Shown piece after piece: positions 48,640-61,544 of a stretch of DNA of 64,000 nt. A model generated the notes under the pieces. The model saw only the letters and a program-made list of their open reading frames with translations, was not told the origin of the DNA and made no database searches. How positions within the stretch are numbered: position 1 is the stretch's first letter; every line of letters starts with the position of its first letter. The stretch comes from Obrimoposthia wandeli (taxonomy: Eukaryota). The translations under genes and the position numbers were made by a program. The stretch covers positions 186,001 to 250,000 of the forward strand of contig CDROCS010000787.1 of NCBI GenBank assembly GCA_977020255.1. Reading direction: 5' to 3'.

Positions 48640-49260
48640 ACTTCTACTTAATAAATTTTCTCCATTGGCACTAAATCTTCGTTTACTGTTTCCAATTTTC
48701 AAGCCAGTTTGAAAAGATGCACACATTCCAAAAGGTTGCTCGATGAACATGTATTAACTGGCAGTGAAAATCTTTCATCCGTTTCGCAGCTTTGAGTAGA
48801 TTCTGCCGTGTAAATAATAGTTACGTTCCGTCACTACACTGGCTATCGGGATGCTGGCCGGGAGTTTAGCTACCCTGGACAAAGGAGTTTCCAAATAAAG
48901 GCATTCCACCACGTCGAAGAATTTTTGGTATTGGACCGATTTTAAGGCGAGTTTCTCTGACAACCTTCACTGTGTTTGTGATGAATATTATCAATAAACT
49001 TATCACATATGTGAATAGGTTAGTCAGACATAAGTAAATACTATGGAAATATACAAATATTTGGTCAAAACATGTTTCAATTTAGAATGTTTGGTGTCAT
49101 CATATTATCAGGTCAATACGGTATTGTATTGAAGGCCTTCCTTGTTATTTTTCACGAACATTGTCATTTTGGCTAACCACTGCCCTCAATCAGCCATAAA
49201 TAGCTCTTCCTTGCCGGCGAAAACGTTGTTATTGTACAATTAGTTTTCCAGTTATTCGAC
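48640..49260 (-). mobile_element. Possible mariner-type transposase remnant
   Basis: A GC-richer patch translating to VAKLPASI...RIYSKLR, with a faint resemblance to mariner GKVMAS.FWD...YY..LL. No clear catalytic motif. Confidence 0.3.
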
Positions 49261-49592
49261 TGTTAATCCACCCGTTTGATTTTGATGTTCTCGGGTTAAA
49301 TTAACAATTATTTAAACAATTACAATTTAAAATATGATTTTTAATAAAAAAGATTTTATCTAATTTTATATTAAAGGACCAAATATCCGAACCATTGTCT
49401 ATTTCACAATTCTACGATTTATTTTCTGTTAATTTTATTTGTCAAAAAGAGACAATCAAATCATTGGATTGCATTGTATTAAAAAAGGAGCATATTATGT
49501 ATAACGCACACATACAAGCTGCCTTCTTTTTAATATTCAAAATAATGCCCAAATTAGGAAGGTTTGAGTGTACTTTAATGGATATTTGCTTA

Positions 49593-49841
<249 letters not shown>

Positions 49842-49983
49842 TTATGAATGCATATAAAATTATTACTGAGTCTTCAAATCTTCAAACAATTTATAAAATT
49901 ATCATACATAAAACTTTTCATTGCACTTTTTTGTGTAATCAAATGCCCTTTAATTAGAAAATAATTTGAGAATTTCAAACATA

Positions 49984-52115
49984 CAGTAATGCGCCAAACA
50001 GTGCAAGTTTTACTATAGTGCAGATTTCGTAAAATATTAGTAAATAAATAAAATATAGAATTAAACTATATTTAATACTTTAAAAATATCAATATTGATT
50101 TCAAGATCTATATATAATATTCTTAAAACTCACATTTAAAAAATTATTCTTTCATCTGATATTTTTCCGAGTCAATGTTGCAGAATGCTATTATTAAAAC
50201 AGATTTTATTGAAATGTTAAGTCAAACAAAAGGAAGCACAGACATTGTTGGTTCAAACAAACGACTGTGGTGGAACATTAGAAAATAAACTAGATATTAT
50301 AAAGTGTCATGAAGATGGTGCATCATTGGCTAAAATTTCACGCGATTATAAAATAAATGAGTCATCTGTGTGTGCCATTGTAAAGAAGAAACAACAATAT
50401 AAAGATCATGGAATTGCTACTGCATCGTACATGATAGAAAGAATTGCTAAAAATAAATACAAAAACATGTTGAATATGGAGCGACTTTTATTAATGTGGA
50501 TTGAAGATAGTAATGCAAAAAGAATTCCACTCAGTCAACTTATTATTCAAGAAAAAGCACGAAGTCTTTTTAGCGCAGTTACCACTCAAAATGAAAGGGA
50601 TACCTTTATGACTACAAATGAAGAAATCTTTTTTAATGCGAGGCGCTTTAAAGAACGTAAAAAATTCATAATGTTAGAATTGTTAGTGAAAGTACTAGTG
50701 CTGATGTAGAAGCAGCCGCAAAATATCCTGATGAATTAAAAAAATGTATTGAATATGGTAATTACAGTGATAATCAAATATTTAATGTGGAATAAATAGG
50801 ATAGTATTGGAAGAAAATGTATACTTGAACATATTTAGCTGAAAAAGAAGAATCACAACCAGGGTATAAAATTAAAAAAGATCGTCTAACTCTTTTGTTA
50901 GGTGGCAATGCGTCTGATGAATTTAAATGGAAGCATATGCTTGTTTACCGGACAAACAATCCAATAGCTTTAAAATAAAAACTCTCCCAGTATTGTGGCT
51001 ATCGAATCGAAAGGCATGGGTTACGAGAGATTTATTTGAAGACTGGTTCACAAATTATTTTTGTCCCGCAACTGAACGATATTGCAAAGAAAATGACATT
51101 GAATTTAAAATTATTTTGTTAATTGATAACGCACCAGGAAATTCACCTGCACTTGGGAATTTAAATAACAATGTTAAAATTATATTTTTACCACCGAACA
51201 CAATTTCGTTATTACAGCCGATGGACTAAGGAGAGATCGCAACATTCCAGGCTTATTATATGAGACAAGCTTTTTCTCAAGCAATTAAAGTTACGACAGG
51301 AGAAAATGCCATTTCATTAACTGATTTTTGGAAAAAACTATAATATCAGAATTTCAATTAAAAATATTGATTCAGCATGGTGTGAAGTTACTGTTAGCAA
51401 CATGAGAGCTGTATAGGAAAAGCTTTTGCCTCAATACGCAAATTATTTTGGTGGTTTTGAACCTCAAGTTCAAACAGTTGTAGAAAATATTGTTCAGATC
51501 GGGAAAGAGCTTGGATTTAATAATGTAGACTATGCTAATGGGCGTGAATGCATCGACTCTCATTCTGGTGAGCTCGATATCAAAACTCTCGTAGAAATTG
51601 ATCAGCAACGAGCATATGAAGAAGAGGAATAAAAGAATCAAATTATGATCCAGTTGAAATTAAAGAATTTAGCATTGCAGACACGGACAAATTATTTTAA
51701 CTCTATGATGAAGTTTCCAAAATTATTATGAATAGAGACCCAAATGTCGAACGCATCATCCAAGTGCGAACCACTGTTAAAAAAGTATTCGATGCTACAG
51801 AGAACTTAATGCCACTAAAACGAAGACGAAATCAGTGCAAACTTCTTTGTTCAAATATTTTTCTAAACAATAAAATCCTTTCACTATTCTTTTTGTTTCA
51901 ATAAAGATTTAATTATAAATTTGTTTCATTATCTGTCAATGCTCTTTTTTGATGCATTTAATAAATTTTAATTATTTTATTGTATGTACGTATCGATATT
52001 TATTCAGTCGTTACTATTACTATTAAACCCATTATATAATGCATCAAACAGTGCAGTTCCGAACAGTGCGGGACAATTCTGGCACGAATAACCCGCACTG
52101 TTCGGGGTATTACTG
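49984..52115 (+). mobile_element. Tigger/pogo DNA transposon with TIRs and TA target duplication; transposase inactivated
   Basis: TIRs CAGTAATGCGCCAAACAGTGC / GCACTGTTCGGGGTATTACTG are each flanked by TA. ORF pieces give an HTH (KLDIIKCHEDG.SLAKISRDY.INESSV..I.K), a CENP-B-like HTH (MERLLLMWIED...LIIQEKARSLF) and DDE_1 (SNRKAWVT..LFEDWF...LLIDNAPG...FLPPNT.SLLQPMD). Multiple stops and frameshifts. Confidence 0.93.
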
Positions 52116-52486
52116 TACTTAAATATTAAAAAAACTTCAAAAGCATATTGATTTATAATTACCTTTAAGTTGTTTGTATTCTTTCTGAATAAAGAGAATA
52201 AGCAAAGAGAAAAGCTTCAGTTTTTTCTTCAATGACATTAACGTTGTTTAAAATACATTCAAGTTTATTCAAATGATTAAAATAATCACAAATACATACT
52301 AGAGTATTATCAGCGCACAAATAGTAGTTAATATTAGGATTTGAAATTACATCTTCTAATTTTATCATATAGGTTTAATTAAAACTTTGTAAATTGGTCC
52401 AAGAATTGAATCTTGCGATAAACGTTTTTCAAAATATGTAGAAATATGAAAAAGTTGCCTGAAAGTAAAATTACTAAAATTCCTAC

Positions 52487-52858
52487 TTGGCTGTCCACAA
52501 TCTGCACAAAAGTCATTTCCGCTGACACCGGTGATTTCCTGGATCATCTTGCGCCTGGCCTCGGCATCAGAGAGGTGTGCGGAAGCTCCTACAGCTTCTC
52601 CATCTACACTTGACTGGTGAGAACCTGCTGACGCTGCATGCTGTGAGCGATTGGCTGATTCGCGCTCCCCAGTTCCGGTCTCCTGAGAAGAGTCTCCACC
52701 ATCCAACACCGGCGACCGACGAATGTCCATATTTTGCAGACACTCTAAGATAGCTTGCTCGATGTACCCCACCCACTCGTCACGGTCCTCTTCACTGCTC
52801 GTTTCAAAACACCATTGCTTTCCATCCAGCGACACGATTTGGAATTCAAATGTTTCAT
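52487..52858 (-). CDS. AGAP1: AGAP exon (C-terminal half of the split PH domain and start of ArfGAP)
   Basis: DETFEFQIVSLDGKQWCFETSSEEDRDEWVGYIEQAILECLQ...GNDFCADCGQP; 372 nt, phase 1-1. Confidence 0.93.
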
Positions 52859-53358
52859 CTAGATGATAATTTATTGGAATTAAAAATAATAAAATTATAT
52901 GAAATTAGCAATAGATGAAATGTTCATGTTGCACTTTGAGGTCATTGTGTTTCTGTATGTGAATGTTTTCCTATTGTTTTCATTACTGATGTTTTGTGAG
53001 CTAAGATGCTTTTTTTCAGTTTTGGTGGAATTACGCAGTAGTGATTTATGTTAATAAAAGTGTCGAGTTTTTGTCATTAGAAGATTTTTTGGTATGAGTA
53101 ATTCTTTGTTGGATATGACAGCTAAAGATCCAAAGAATGGTACAACCACTATTATATTTCTTGATGATCATTTTTAGCAATACAATTATACTTAGATTTG
53201 TTGTTAGCAATCATTTGAATATATGTAAAGTCATATTTATCAAAACAGGCATGGATCATAAACTATTAATAACTTATTATGTTTTCATCTTCCATGTAGA
53301 AAAAATTATCTTTCATTAACAAAAATAAAATTCGAATAAAATTGCTGTATAAACTTAC

Positions 53359-53418
53359 CACTAGAAGTGAATTTCTTTCGTTGTTTCTTTGCAATATCCT
53401 TCAATCCCCTGGCATTAC
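53359..53418 (-). CDS. AGAP1: AGAP short exon (basic PH-insert segment)
   Basis: tatttAG acceptor and GTAAGT donor; 60 nt: GNARGLKDIAKKQRKKFTSS, equivalent to the basic KKHRRKKS segment of AGAPs. Confidence 0.8.
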
Positions 53419-53461
53419 CTAAATAGAGATATAATTGTACATTAAATCAGAAGCTGGCAAC

Positions 53462-53624
53462 CTGTTGGATCACTTGTTCTATTCCGCGACTTTATTGCAG
53501 AGATAGTTACGCCAGCTCCCATATTTGGGATACCTCCAGCTCCTTGTCGGTAAGCAACACCCGGAATTTTTACTGTTACGCGACTAAGATCTATTTCTTT
53601 ACCATGCACATTCTCCATATAGTC
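53462..53624 (-). CDS. AGAP1: AGAP exon (PH domain)
   Basis: ttacAG acceptor: DYMENVHGKEIDLSRVTVKIPG..., matching AGAP DYMQNVHGKEIDLLRTTVKVPG. Confidence 0.92.
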
Positions 53625-54903
53625 CTGTAAAGCCAATATAGTTCTTTTCAGGTTTACAGTGAAAAAAATATTAAACATAATAAAATAACAAAATAATGTA
53701 TCATTAAATTGAAATTATGAATTTGTGATAATTTTTTTTAAAATATCAAATTAATTGATCATTGAGCAGTTCCATGCAAAGATCAACAGTAGATTCGAAA
53801 TTTATTAAAAAATATTTTTTGAATAATGATATAAACTTTAACATTCAAAAGCTTCTTTCTGCAATTGGACCTCTTAAAGATTTTTAAGAATCAACTTTCA
53901 AAAAATTTCAAATTGAAAAAAACGCTTCTTTGATTATATTTATTTGTGAAACGATCTATAAATTCAAAATATTAATATTGAGTTTCAAAATAAAAATATT
54001 ATGCTTGATATTAATATTCTACTTTTATGTTTATCATAAAAATATTTGTAAACAAAAATTACCCTTTTAATTGTTTATTTAATTAAATTCGGCGACGTTA
54101 GAAATAGCTTTATTTACTTATTGATATTATTTCAGATCATAATACTTAATTTTTTTTATACAAGATAAATATCACACGTATTTCGAATGTTATTGCAATT
54201 TTTGATCAATTTTGTCAGATATATAATTTATATAACATTGCAATTTGAAAACTTTGTTGCGTCAATTACAAAGAACATTAATAATATCTTCTTAACTAAG
54301 ATCATCAAGAGACTGAAACAATTCTTGTACACCTACATTATCTATTTCAGCTAAACCTAGGTGTAATCCAAGTACAGTTATTTCTTATATATTTTCACTT
54401 GGAAATTATTTGCACAATGTTGAATAATATTTTCCATGCAGTTATTATATTGTTTTCTGTAACTTCACTCAACTTTTATGTTAAAGTTAATCAAAATCCT
54501 ATCAGAATTTTTTCAATTTTCTCAAGGTGTTTTCTTTTATTGATTTACTTTGAATGTGACAATCACTTCCTGATCCATAGGCTGCAGTAATAAATTATTG
54601 AGTCGGAAAAAATTATTAAGATTCACGTTTTTTGTATCGATTAAACCACCGAGAACTGGTAGTAAATGTTAACTTATGAAGTACAAAATCGAAAACTTTG
54701 TATTTTTATTGCCGGCATGTCAAATAAAAATGCAGTAAAAAACGCAAAATAACCATTGTGATTTTTTTCTGTACTGTTGAATAATACTATGAGTAATAGC
54801 AAAATTGGGATGCTTATTGTTTTTATTACTAAACATTTAAATGACAAATATACACTTGTTATTCTAAAGCTACGCTAAAAAGTACAATTAAAGAAAAACT
54901 TAC

Positions 54904-55074
54904 ATTTAAATTAGGATGATAAGTCAAATGGGCATCACTGGTCAGAGTAACATATTTCTTTTTCCTTTCCTTGGCTAGAGTACGATCATTTCTTCTTTTA
55001 TACAAAACACCTTGTTTGAGTGGAATTGTTCTGCCAACGCCCAGACCATTAGCAGTCGTCTTTTTCTCGGTTTT
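54904..55074 (-). CDS. AGAP1: AGAP exon (start of PH domain)
   Basis: 171 nt, phase 0-0: [48 protein letters not shown], matching AGAP IGSGRAIPIKQG.L.KRS...KEWKKKYVTL. GTAAGT donor. Confidence 0.93.
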
Positions 55075-55817
55075 CTAAATATAGATTATGCCAATTAATA
55101 AAAGACAACTCAACGACACAAATCATGTAATAAATCTCCGTACCCATATGATTGTGAAGGCTATGCCGCGATAAAACATACATAATCAGTGATGATCAAT
55201 GTGAACCTAATATATTATTCATGCAAACACTCGGTGTGTCACAATGTGATAACGATATACAATCTGAGCAAGTTGTTGGACGAACTAAATCAAGCTTAGT
55301 GGTAGAAAACATTTAGAATAGAAATTCAGTGTAGTCAAAATATTCAACATCATTCTTGGACAGATATAAAAATGTTCATTGAAACTGTTAGAAAATAATA
55401 GAATAGGAAAACTGAAAATTCTATATAAATAAAATAAAATATATAAATAAAAACTTTGAAATGCACACTACGTCAGCTCCATGATCAAATGTCCGAATTG
55501 AGAGAAGTTGGATATTAACTTTTTGTTAAACATAAATAAGAATACTTACAAAGGAAGGCTTTCAATTGGGACGATCGGAATTGAATGAAACAAATGTAAT
55601 TACAGTTAAGTTGCAGTCAAAATTTCCATTTTATGTTAAACCGAAACATTGATAAACAAACCTAAATAACGTTGAAATTTATTTACTGTTTCATTAGCCA
55701 GATAATTTTGTTAAATAAAATTAAAATTATTAGGTTAATTAAAATCTGTTTTTTGACAACAATTATTAAATATAAAAAAATACATAAGATCTTTGTATTT
55801 ACTAAAGAATTAAGGAA

Positions 55818-56520
55818 CTAATAGTCAAAAGAAAGTCCTTTTCGTTGAATAATTCTATTTGGCAAGCAGTCATAAAGTTTCTCTATATAATCTTTGATTG
55901 CATGATATGTCTTCAGTTCTAGTAAAGTTTTCCGATTTTCTTTCCTAACATTTTCTTTTAAAATAGACAATACATTTTCAATTATATTACGATCGGCAGA
56001 TAGTTTTAAAGTTTGAAATTCATATTTCGTAAAAACGTTGAATTTATTACATGCAGCATTGTTATGTTGAAAACATTTGGAATTTAATATAAATCTAGGT
56101 ATTTTCATTATCATTTGCTAATATTTTGAGCTATTTATAGTGACATATATAGGGTACAAATTTTTAGTTCTTTAAGAATATATGTTGCCCCAAAATAGAC
56201 ATAATAGACAGGAGCTCTGAATACTGGAATTATAGACACTATTTAGAACGTTTCTTTTGTTTATTGCTCTTCTGATATACTTTGTAAGTTTTGGTACAAA
56301 CTGTATCGTGGTTTTAACACTGTATGACATTAATACATTCATTTTTCAATCGAAATTCGTTAGCATTGAGTGACATATTTTCATTGGATTAATAAATTTT
56401 ACCAATCGATTATCAAGTAAATCTGATACATTCGTTTTTAATTGATTGAGTAATGCAACTTATAAAATCCACAATTTTCTTTCGATGTCTTTCCATTTTT
56501 TTATTAGCTTTCTTATGTCA
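55818..56520 (-). mobile_element. Tc1-like transposase remnant
   Basis: CFQHNNA...SADRNIIENVLSILKENVRKENRKTLLELK...LYDCLPNRI.Q.KG matches the Tc1 C-terminal pattern FQQDNA...SPDLNPIEN.W..LK...ELK...SMP.R...G. Confidence 0.7.
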
Positions 56521-57719
56521 AATTATTCAGTTTTAAACTTTTAAACATTACAAATTAATACTAATCACTCGAGAAAAAACAATGTAATGTATCACGTTTA
56601 AATTTCAATAATATAATAGAAAATTGATGGTTACAAAATGCAGTAATTAATTTCTAAATAAACAATACTTTTAAAATTACATATGGATCATAATTTGTTT
56701 CCAGTTATAACAATAAAAAGTTTATATTAATTTATTTAAATAATACAACTTGATTTTTATACCGTGCCAAAAATAGTAAAATATTATACTTCCAAGGCTA
56801 AAAAAAGTATGTATTTACAAAAACAAAAAACGTTACATGTTATATTTAATATATATTTTATTGAAAATTTTAGAAATGAAAATAATTTTAAGTAAAATAA
56901 CTTCTAAATACCAATTATCAAATAAAAATAAATGTTCCAAATAATATAGAAAATTCACATGATATTCTTTAAACTTTTCTAATTAATATTTCAATTTTCT
57001 AATTAAATTTTAAAATTATGAAAGATATAAATTAAAATATTATAATAAAGTATAAAATTAAAAACTTAAATAATTATCATATTAAAAAGACAAAAAAGAC
57101 AAAAACAACAAAAAATTAATAATATCTTTATAGTGCAACTAGGGTAAATTTAATTATCAATATTTATTATTTACACATTATATTTGTTAATAAATAATAA
57201 AAAACTACAAAAATTAGTTTCTTCTAAAATTGAAAATGATATATTTAACATATTTTAGAATTACTATACTCAAATCATGTAAATTGTAATATTTTCGATA
57301 AAATAAATTTAAAATTTTCCAAGCCTTTTTTGTCTAAATACAGTTGTTTTGTGATCTCACTGAAAAGTCTTAGGATAGTATAATATTTTACCTATCTATA
57401 TGCAAAATTCCAAGTGTCCAACAGGGAAGTCCACACTTGTTAGTTAAATTACCCATGATCAAATACCTGTCATACAACCAAGTAACAAATTTGCCTGGTA
57501 CATTGAACTTGACTGCCTAATACATTATTACTATTGTTACCTAATATGATACTAAATTATAATATCATCATATTTTAATAATTTGATTCTATAGACAATC
57601 CACATATGGTTACGAATTTTCAATAACTTAGTAGCTAAGGATCAAGTTTTAAATGTTAATGGAATTAGTTACAGTAAGTTTTTAAAAAAATACAATGCAA
57701 AACATGGTAATTGCTACTG

Positions 57720-60100
57720 GTAGCATAGTTTTTTGGTGATGAAGCCGGAACTTTCAAGTTAGAAAACGTTCATCTCTATGATTTATGCAGTTCAAGAAAT
57801 GTTATGATTAAAGATGATATCTTGATTATGAAAGGGATAGAAGATGAGATTCAATGGATAATTGACAAAAGAAAGATTGAGAAGGTGCTGTGAGCTGCCA
57901 AGGTCCTACAAAGCTCTGAATGGATTCTGGTTTGCAGCTGCTCAAAAGGTGGACCGACAATGGCGAAACACGGACTCCAGATGAGGAACCCCACGGAAAC
58001 CTCCAGACATCCCCAGTTCTAGCGTGGTCGACTGCTACGGAGCTATGACAAACTGAAATACTGACACTGGTGATCTTTCCTGTGTCCTTTCTGATCTCGA
58101 CTATTTGTCTCCTGAGTGTGTACATGTGTCTGGGATGGCATGAGTCTGGAGTACAAGACCGATCGACAGAGACTAACATCTACATTATTGTTGATTGTGC
58201 ACAGTTAAATCATGCGAGTTGTTTGGGAAATTTTGATGAAATTATGATTGTTTGAAGAGTAATCATGAATGTTCGAGGAGCTCAGAAACGACTGTTGGAT
58301 TCGTGGACTGGACTGGAGATAAAAATTAGTGACAATAACAGAGTGATAAAAAGCAATGACAATAATACGTAACAAATTGAAGAGACGGAGAGTGAATATA
58401 TTAATCGGAAGGAAATTAAATGAACAAAATAGAGATGGGTATAATTGAAAGAGTAAAGCGGATAAAAATAGAAGTAACATGAGAATACCAAATAATGAAT
58501 AAAATGAAATAGTAGCAGAAACAATTAAATACAGAGCCTCGGGCTTTGGTTATTTAGTAAAGAGAGTGAAGAAACGAGAAATAATCATATATATTTGAAA
58601 CCGTATCTATCTTTTTATAATGTTTAATTTAGAAACCCACATATATTGTGAAAGCGATTGCCGAAAGACAATCACATCAGAGGTTAAGTCAAATGAGTAT
58701 GTTGAAAGCATCCAAACAAGAATTAATGACAATAAAGGCATGCCATCAGATAGACTTAGTTTCGAAGGTATGAAATCACAAAATAATCACATGTAGACCG
58801 AGTACAGAATCAAGAGAGGGAGCACTATTTATTTGGGGTTACAATTGAAAGAGGAAGAGTTAAGTAAAGGAATGATGAAAAAGCGTTTATTAAAAACAAA
58901 ATTCACAAGGTGTAATTTAGCGATGCAAAAATGAAAATGAGATAAAGGTAAGACAGTATCAAAATGTGATGGAGGATGTTACTATGAAGAAAGCAGACTT
59001 AGAGAGGTCTACTGAGTTAGCAAAAAGGATCGTAATAATATTAACACGGCTTAGAAAAAGAAAGCAGTTATTCATACCATACATTGCTAAAAACGTTTTT
59101 ACTAATTAATTCTACAGTTTATGGAGTGGAAACAAAGAAAAAGTCAAAGAGTTTCTATTAAAATATTTCTGAAATATACCCAGCAAAGACGCAGATGAAA
59201 TAGTATGACGGACATATATGAGGTTGAATAAATCACTAGGTCCACATGAACATAACCCAAGCCAATGTGGTGGTCAAAAAATAACTTGATATACCTGAAA
59301 ATAAACAGCACATTCAGGAGAACATTACACCAATCATTGCAATGAGTTTAGGAAATTGTGCCAGGAAGAACGATGGAAAAAGGTAAAAGACAAAAAATTG
59401 TTTAAAAATTATTTAAAGGCCATTGACAAAAGATTTGTAAATGCGGACAATGATGTCATATAGATGGATGTAGTCAAAGGCATTTTATACATTAAAATAC
59501 AAACGAAAGACAGAATAATCTGATGAACCAGGTGCATTTGTAGGTTTAACAGCAAATTATGGTGACTTTCGAACAATTCCGATGATAATTAAAAATGAAG
59601 GGAAGGAAATAAAAATGATTGCTTTTATTGGATAATGCCAGTACCACCAATTACATTAGTCAGGAGATTAGACAGAATTAAAAGTAACATTCCAATCGAA
59701 TTAATTAGAGGAATAGTAAAATAAATGAAATAAAATTGAAAATCTGGAAAGATTTTTGAAAGAAAAGTTAGTGCATTATTTATTAAAGAATTGAACGGAA
59801 ATCTAAGACTCATAGATTGGTTGAAGTTAAAAAGAGTTGACCACATTTGAAGAATATGAATTTCCTGTCAGAAAATAGCAGATAGCTGGCGTAGATACAC
59901 TCAGATGCAGATATGCTGGAAATGTACACTTGTATAGAGGAAAGGATATGTAAATGCGACTAACATATGACAAGGAAGACGATACTAGGATGAACATGTA
60001 TTGGGAAAACCTATGTAATTCAAACAAGTTGTATCCAAACATATTTAACAAATACTGAATTAAGTCAACAGCTCAGACAGTTTTGAGAAATCGAACAAAT
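57720..60100 (+). mobile_element. Degenerate Ty3/gypsy-like retroelement carrying an unknown ORF and a ubiquitin-like domain
   Basis: A purine-rich decayed coding strand. It shows a ubiquitin-like segment (58640-58855), protease-like AF.LDNASTTNYISQEI (~59620-59670) and RT-like NGNLRLID..KL.ELTTFEEYEFP (~59790-59870). No LTRs identified. Confidence 0.55.
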
Positions 60101-60937
60101 ACCAAACTATGATTATTAAACTATATGGACCTGTATTTTTCGAGAGATTAGATATTTATAAAAACCAATTAGATTAGGTACGCTTGCTCCATTCATACAG
60201 CAATATTATCCTAACTCACATTATCTTTTTGGCCAAACCTCACCAGCAGTCACAACGCCAACTTAACATTTCCAGTGTTATTAGAAAATGAAATCCAATT
60301 GATTTCAAAGACTAAAAATCAGACATTAGTGCCTCAACTAAGACTCATTAAAAACAGTAGTTTTCATATATTTTTTAATATCTCATATGTGAAATATATA
60401 TTTGTACTTGACAAGGTGTTTTATTATTCAAAGTATAAGTATCCTGTATTTTATCGAACACAGGTTATAAAAAAAGCACTCTCCAATTATTTTTATTTTA
60501 ACAAAACAGTAATAAAACATTTACTCATATATTTCGAGCTTGTTTCCATAACATTATAGTCCAAATATATTCCCATAAATTCATTTTTCATTTATAAATA
60601 ATAAATCAATCATATTCATATACACGAAAGATTTAAAGTGTAAATAAATAAGCTGACACTAAATAAAAACTAAGTAAGCATATGGTTAATTTACAATTAC
60701 ATCTAAACAATATTGTCAGACTAAATACGAATAAAGCAACCTTACACAACATATAATGAGGCAAGTACTAAATCAATCAACAACACCAATAGAGAAAAAC
60801 GAAAATGAAGGCTATAGATGTGGCTATAGTGCACATTCAAATTATATGACAAGGATATAATGCTGCAATTAATAGTTGTTCAACTACTAAGATTACACAC
60901 TTCTCTGCAAATAGAGTTGAGAAATGAAAATACTCAC

Positions 60938-61024
60938 AAAGAGTGTGGAACGTCGTCTGACTTTCCGTAACTGATTAGGGGTTCCTGATGCAAAGCTATT
61001 GGTCTTTTCATCTATTTCAATTTC
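60938..61024 (-). CDS. AGAP1: AGAP exon (linker after the GTPase-like domain); earlier exons lie beyond the window
   Basis: ttcttAG acceptor and GTGAGT donor; 87 nt: EIEIDEKTNSFASGTPNQLRKVRRRSTLF, comparable to AGAP TP...RK...RRSNLF. Confidence 0.85.
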
Positions 61025-61254
61025 CTAAGAAAAGAATTGAATTTACTTTAAATGCCAAAAGCAAGGAATCTCAGTTTCTAGACTAATATAAGATACAAAA
61101 TAATTAAATGTAATTGACAACATTCATACATTATTAAAATGAAATATTTCCTAAATATTTTTTTGTATTTTTCCTTCAATATATGCCAATGTAGATTTGT
61201 AGCTCAAGTATATTTATTTTATTTCGTTTAGTCATAATGAAAAATTATTATCTA

Positions 61255-61544
61255 CTATAGTTAGTTGGAGGCGTCTTTTTACATCGAAAATCATACCTAA
61301 GTGCCGCAATCTTTCGATTTTTATAGTTACGAAACATAAATTTCATATATTAATATCTCTAAAATTACAATAATGCTTTTAATTAAAATAAATTTAAAAA
61401 TTCATAAATATTTTTAACTACTGCTTATTTTTTATTTTTTAAAAAAAAATTCTAACAATTTTGAAGTTATGAAAATCTAAAAGTAAATAAACTTTAAAAT
61501 CATAACGATTTTCGACGTAAAAAGACACCACCAATCAGTTATAG
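61255..61544. mobile_element. MITE-like element (~290 bp, ~38-bp imperfect TIRs)
   Basis: CTATAGTTAGTTGGAGGCGTCTTTTTACATCGAAAATC is the near reverse complement of GATTTTCGACGTAAAAAGACACCACCAATCAGTTATAG. The interior is AT-rich and non-coding. Confidence 0.75.

Noticed and set aside
55185-55268. C/D-box snoRNA-like arrangement (GTGATGA...CTGA)
   Set aside because: It is antisense to the host AGAP intron and has no terminal stem; such box pairs are common by chance in 64 kb of AT-rich DNA.
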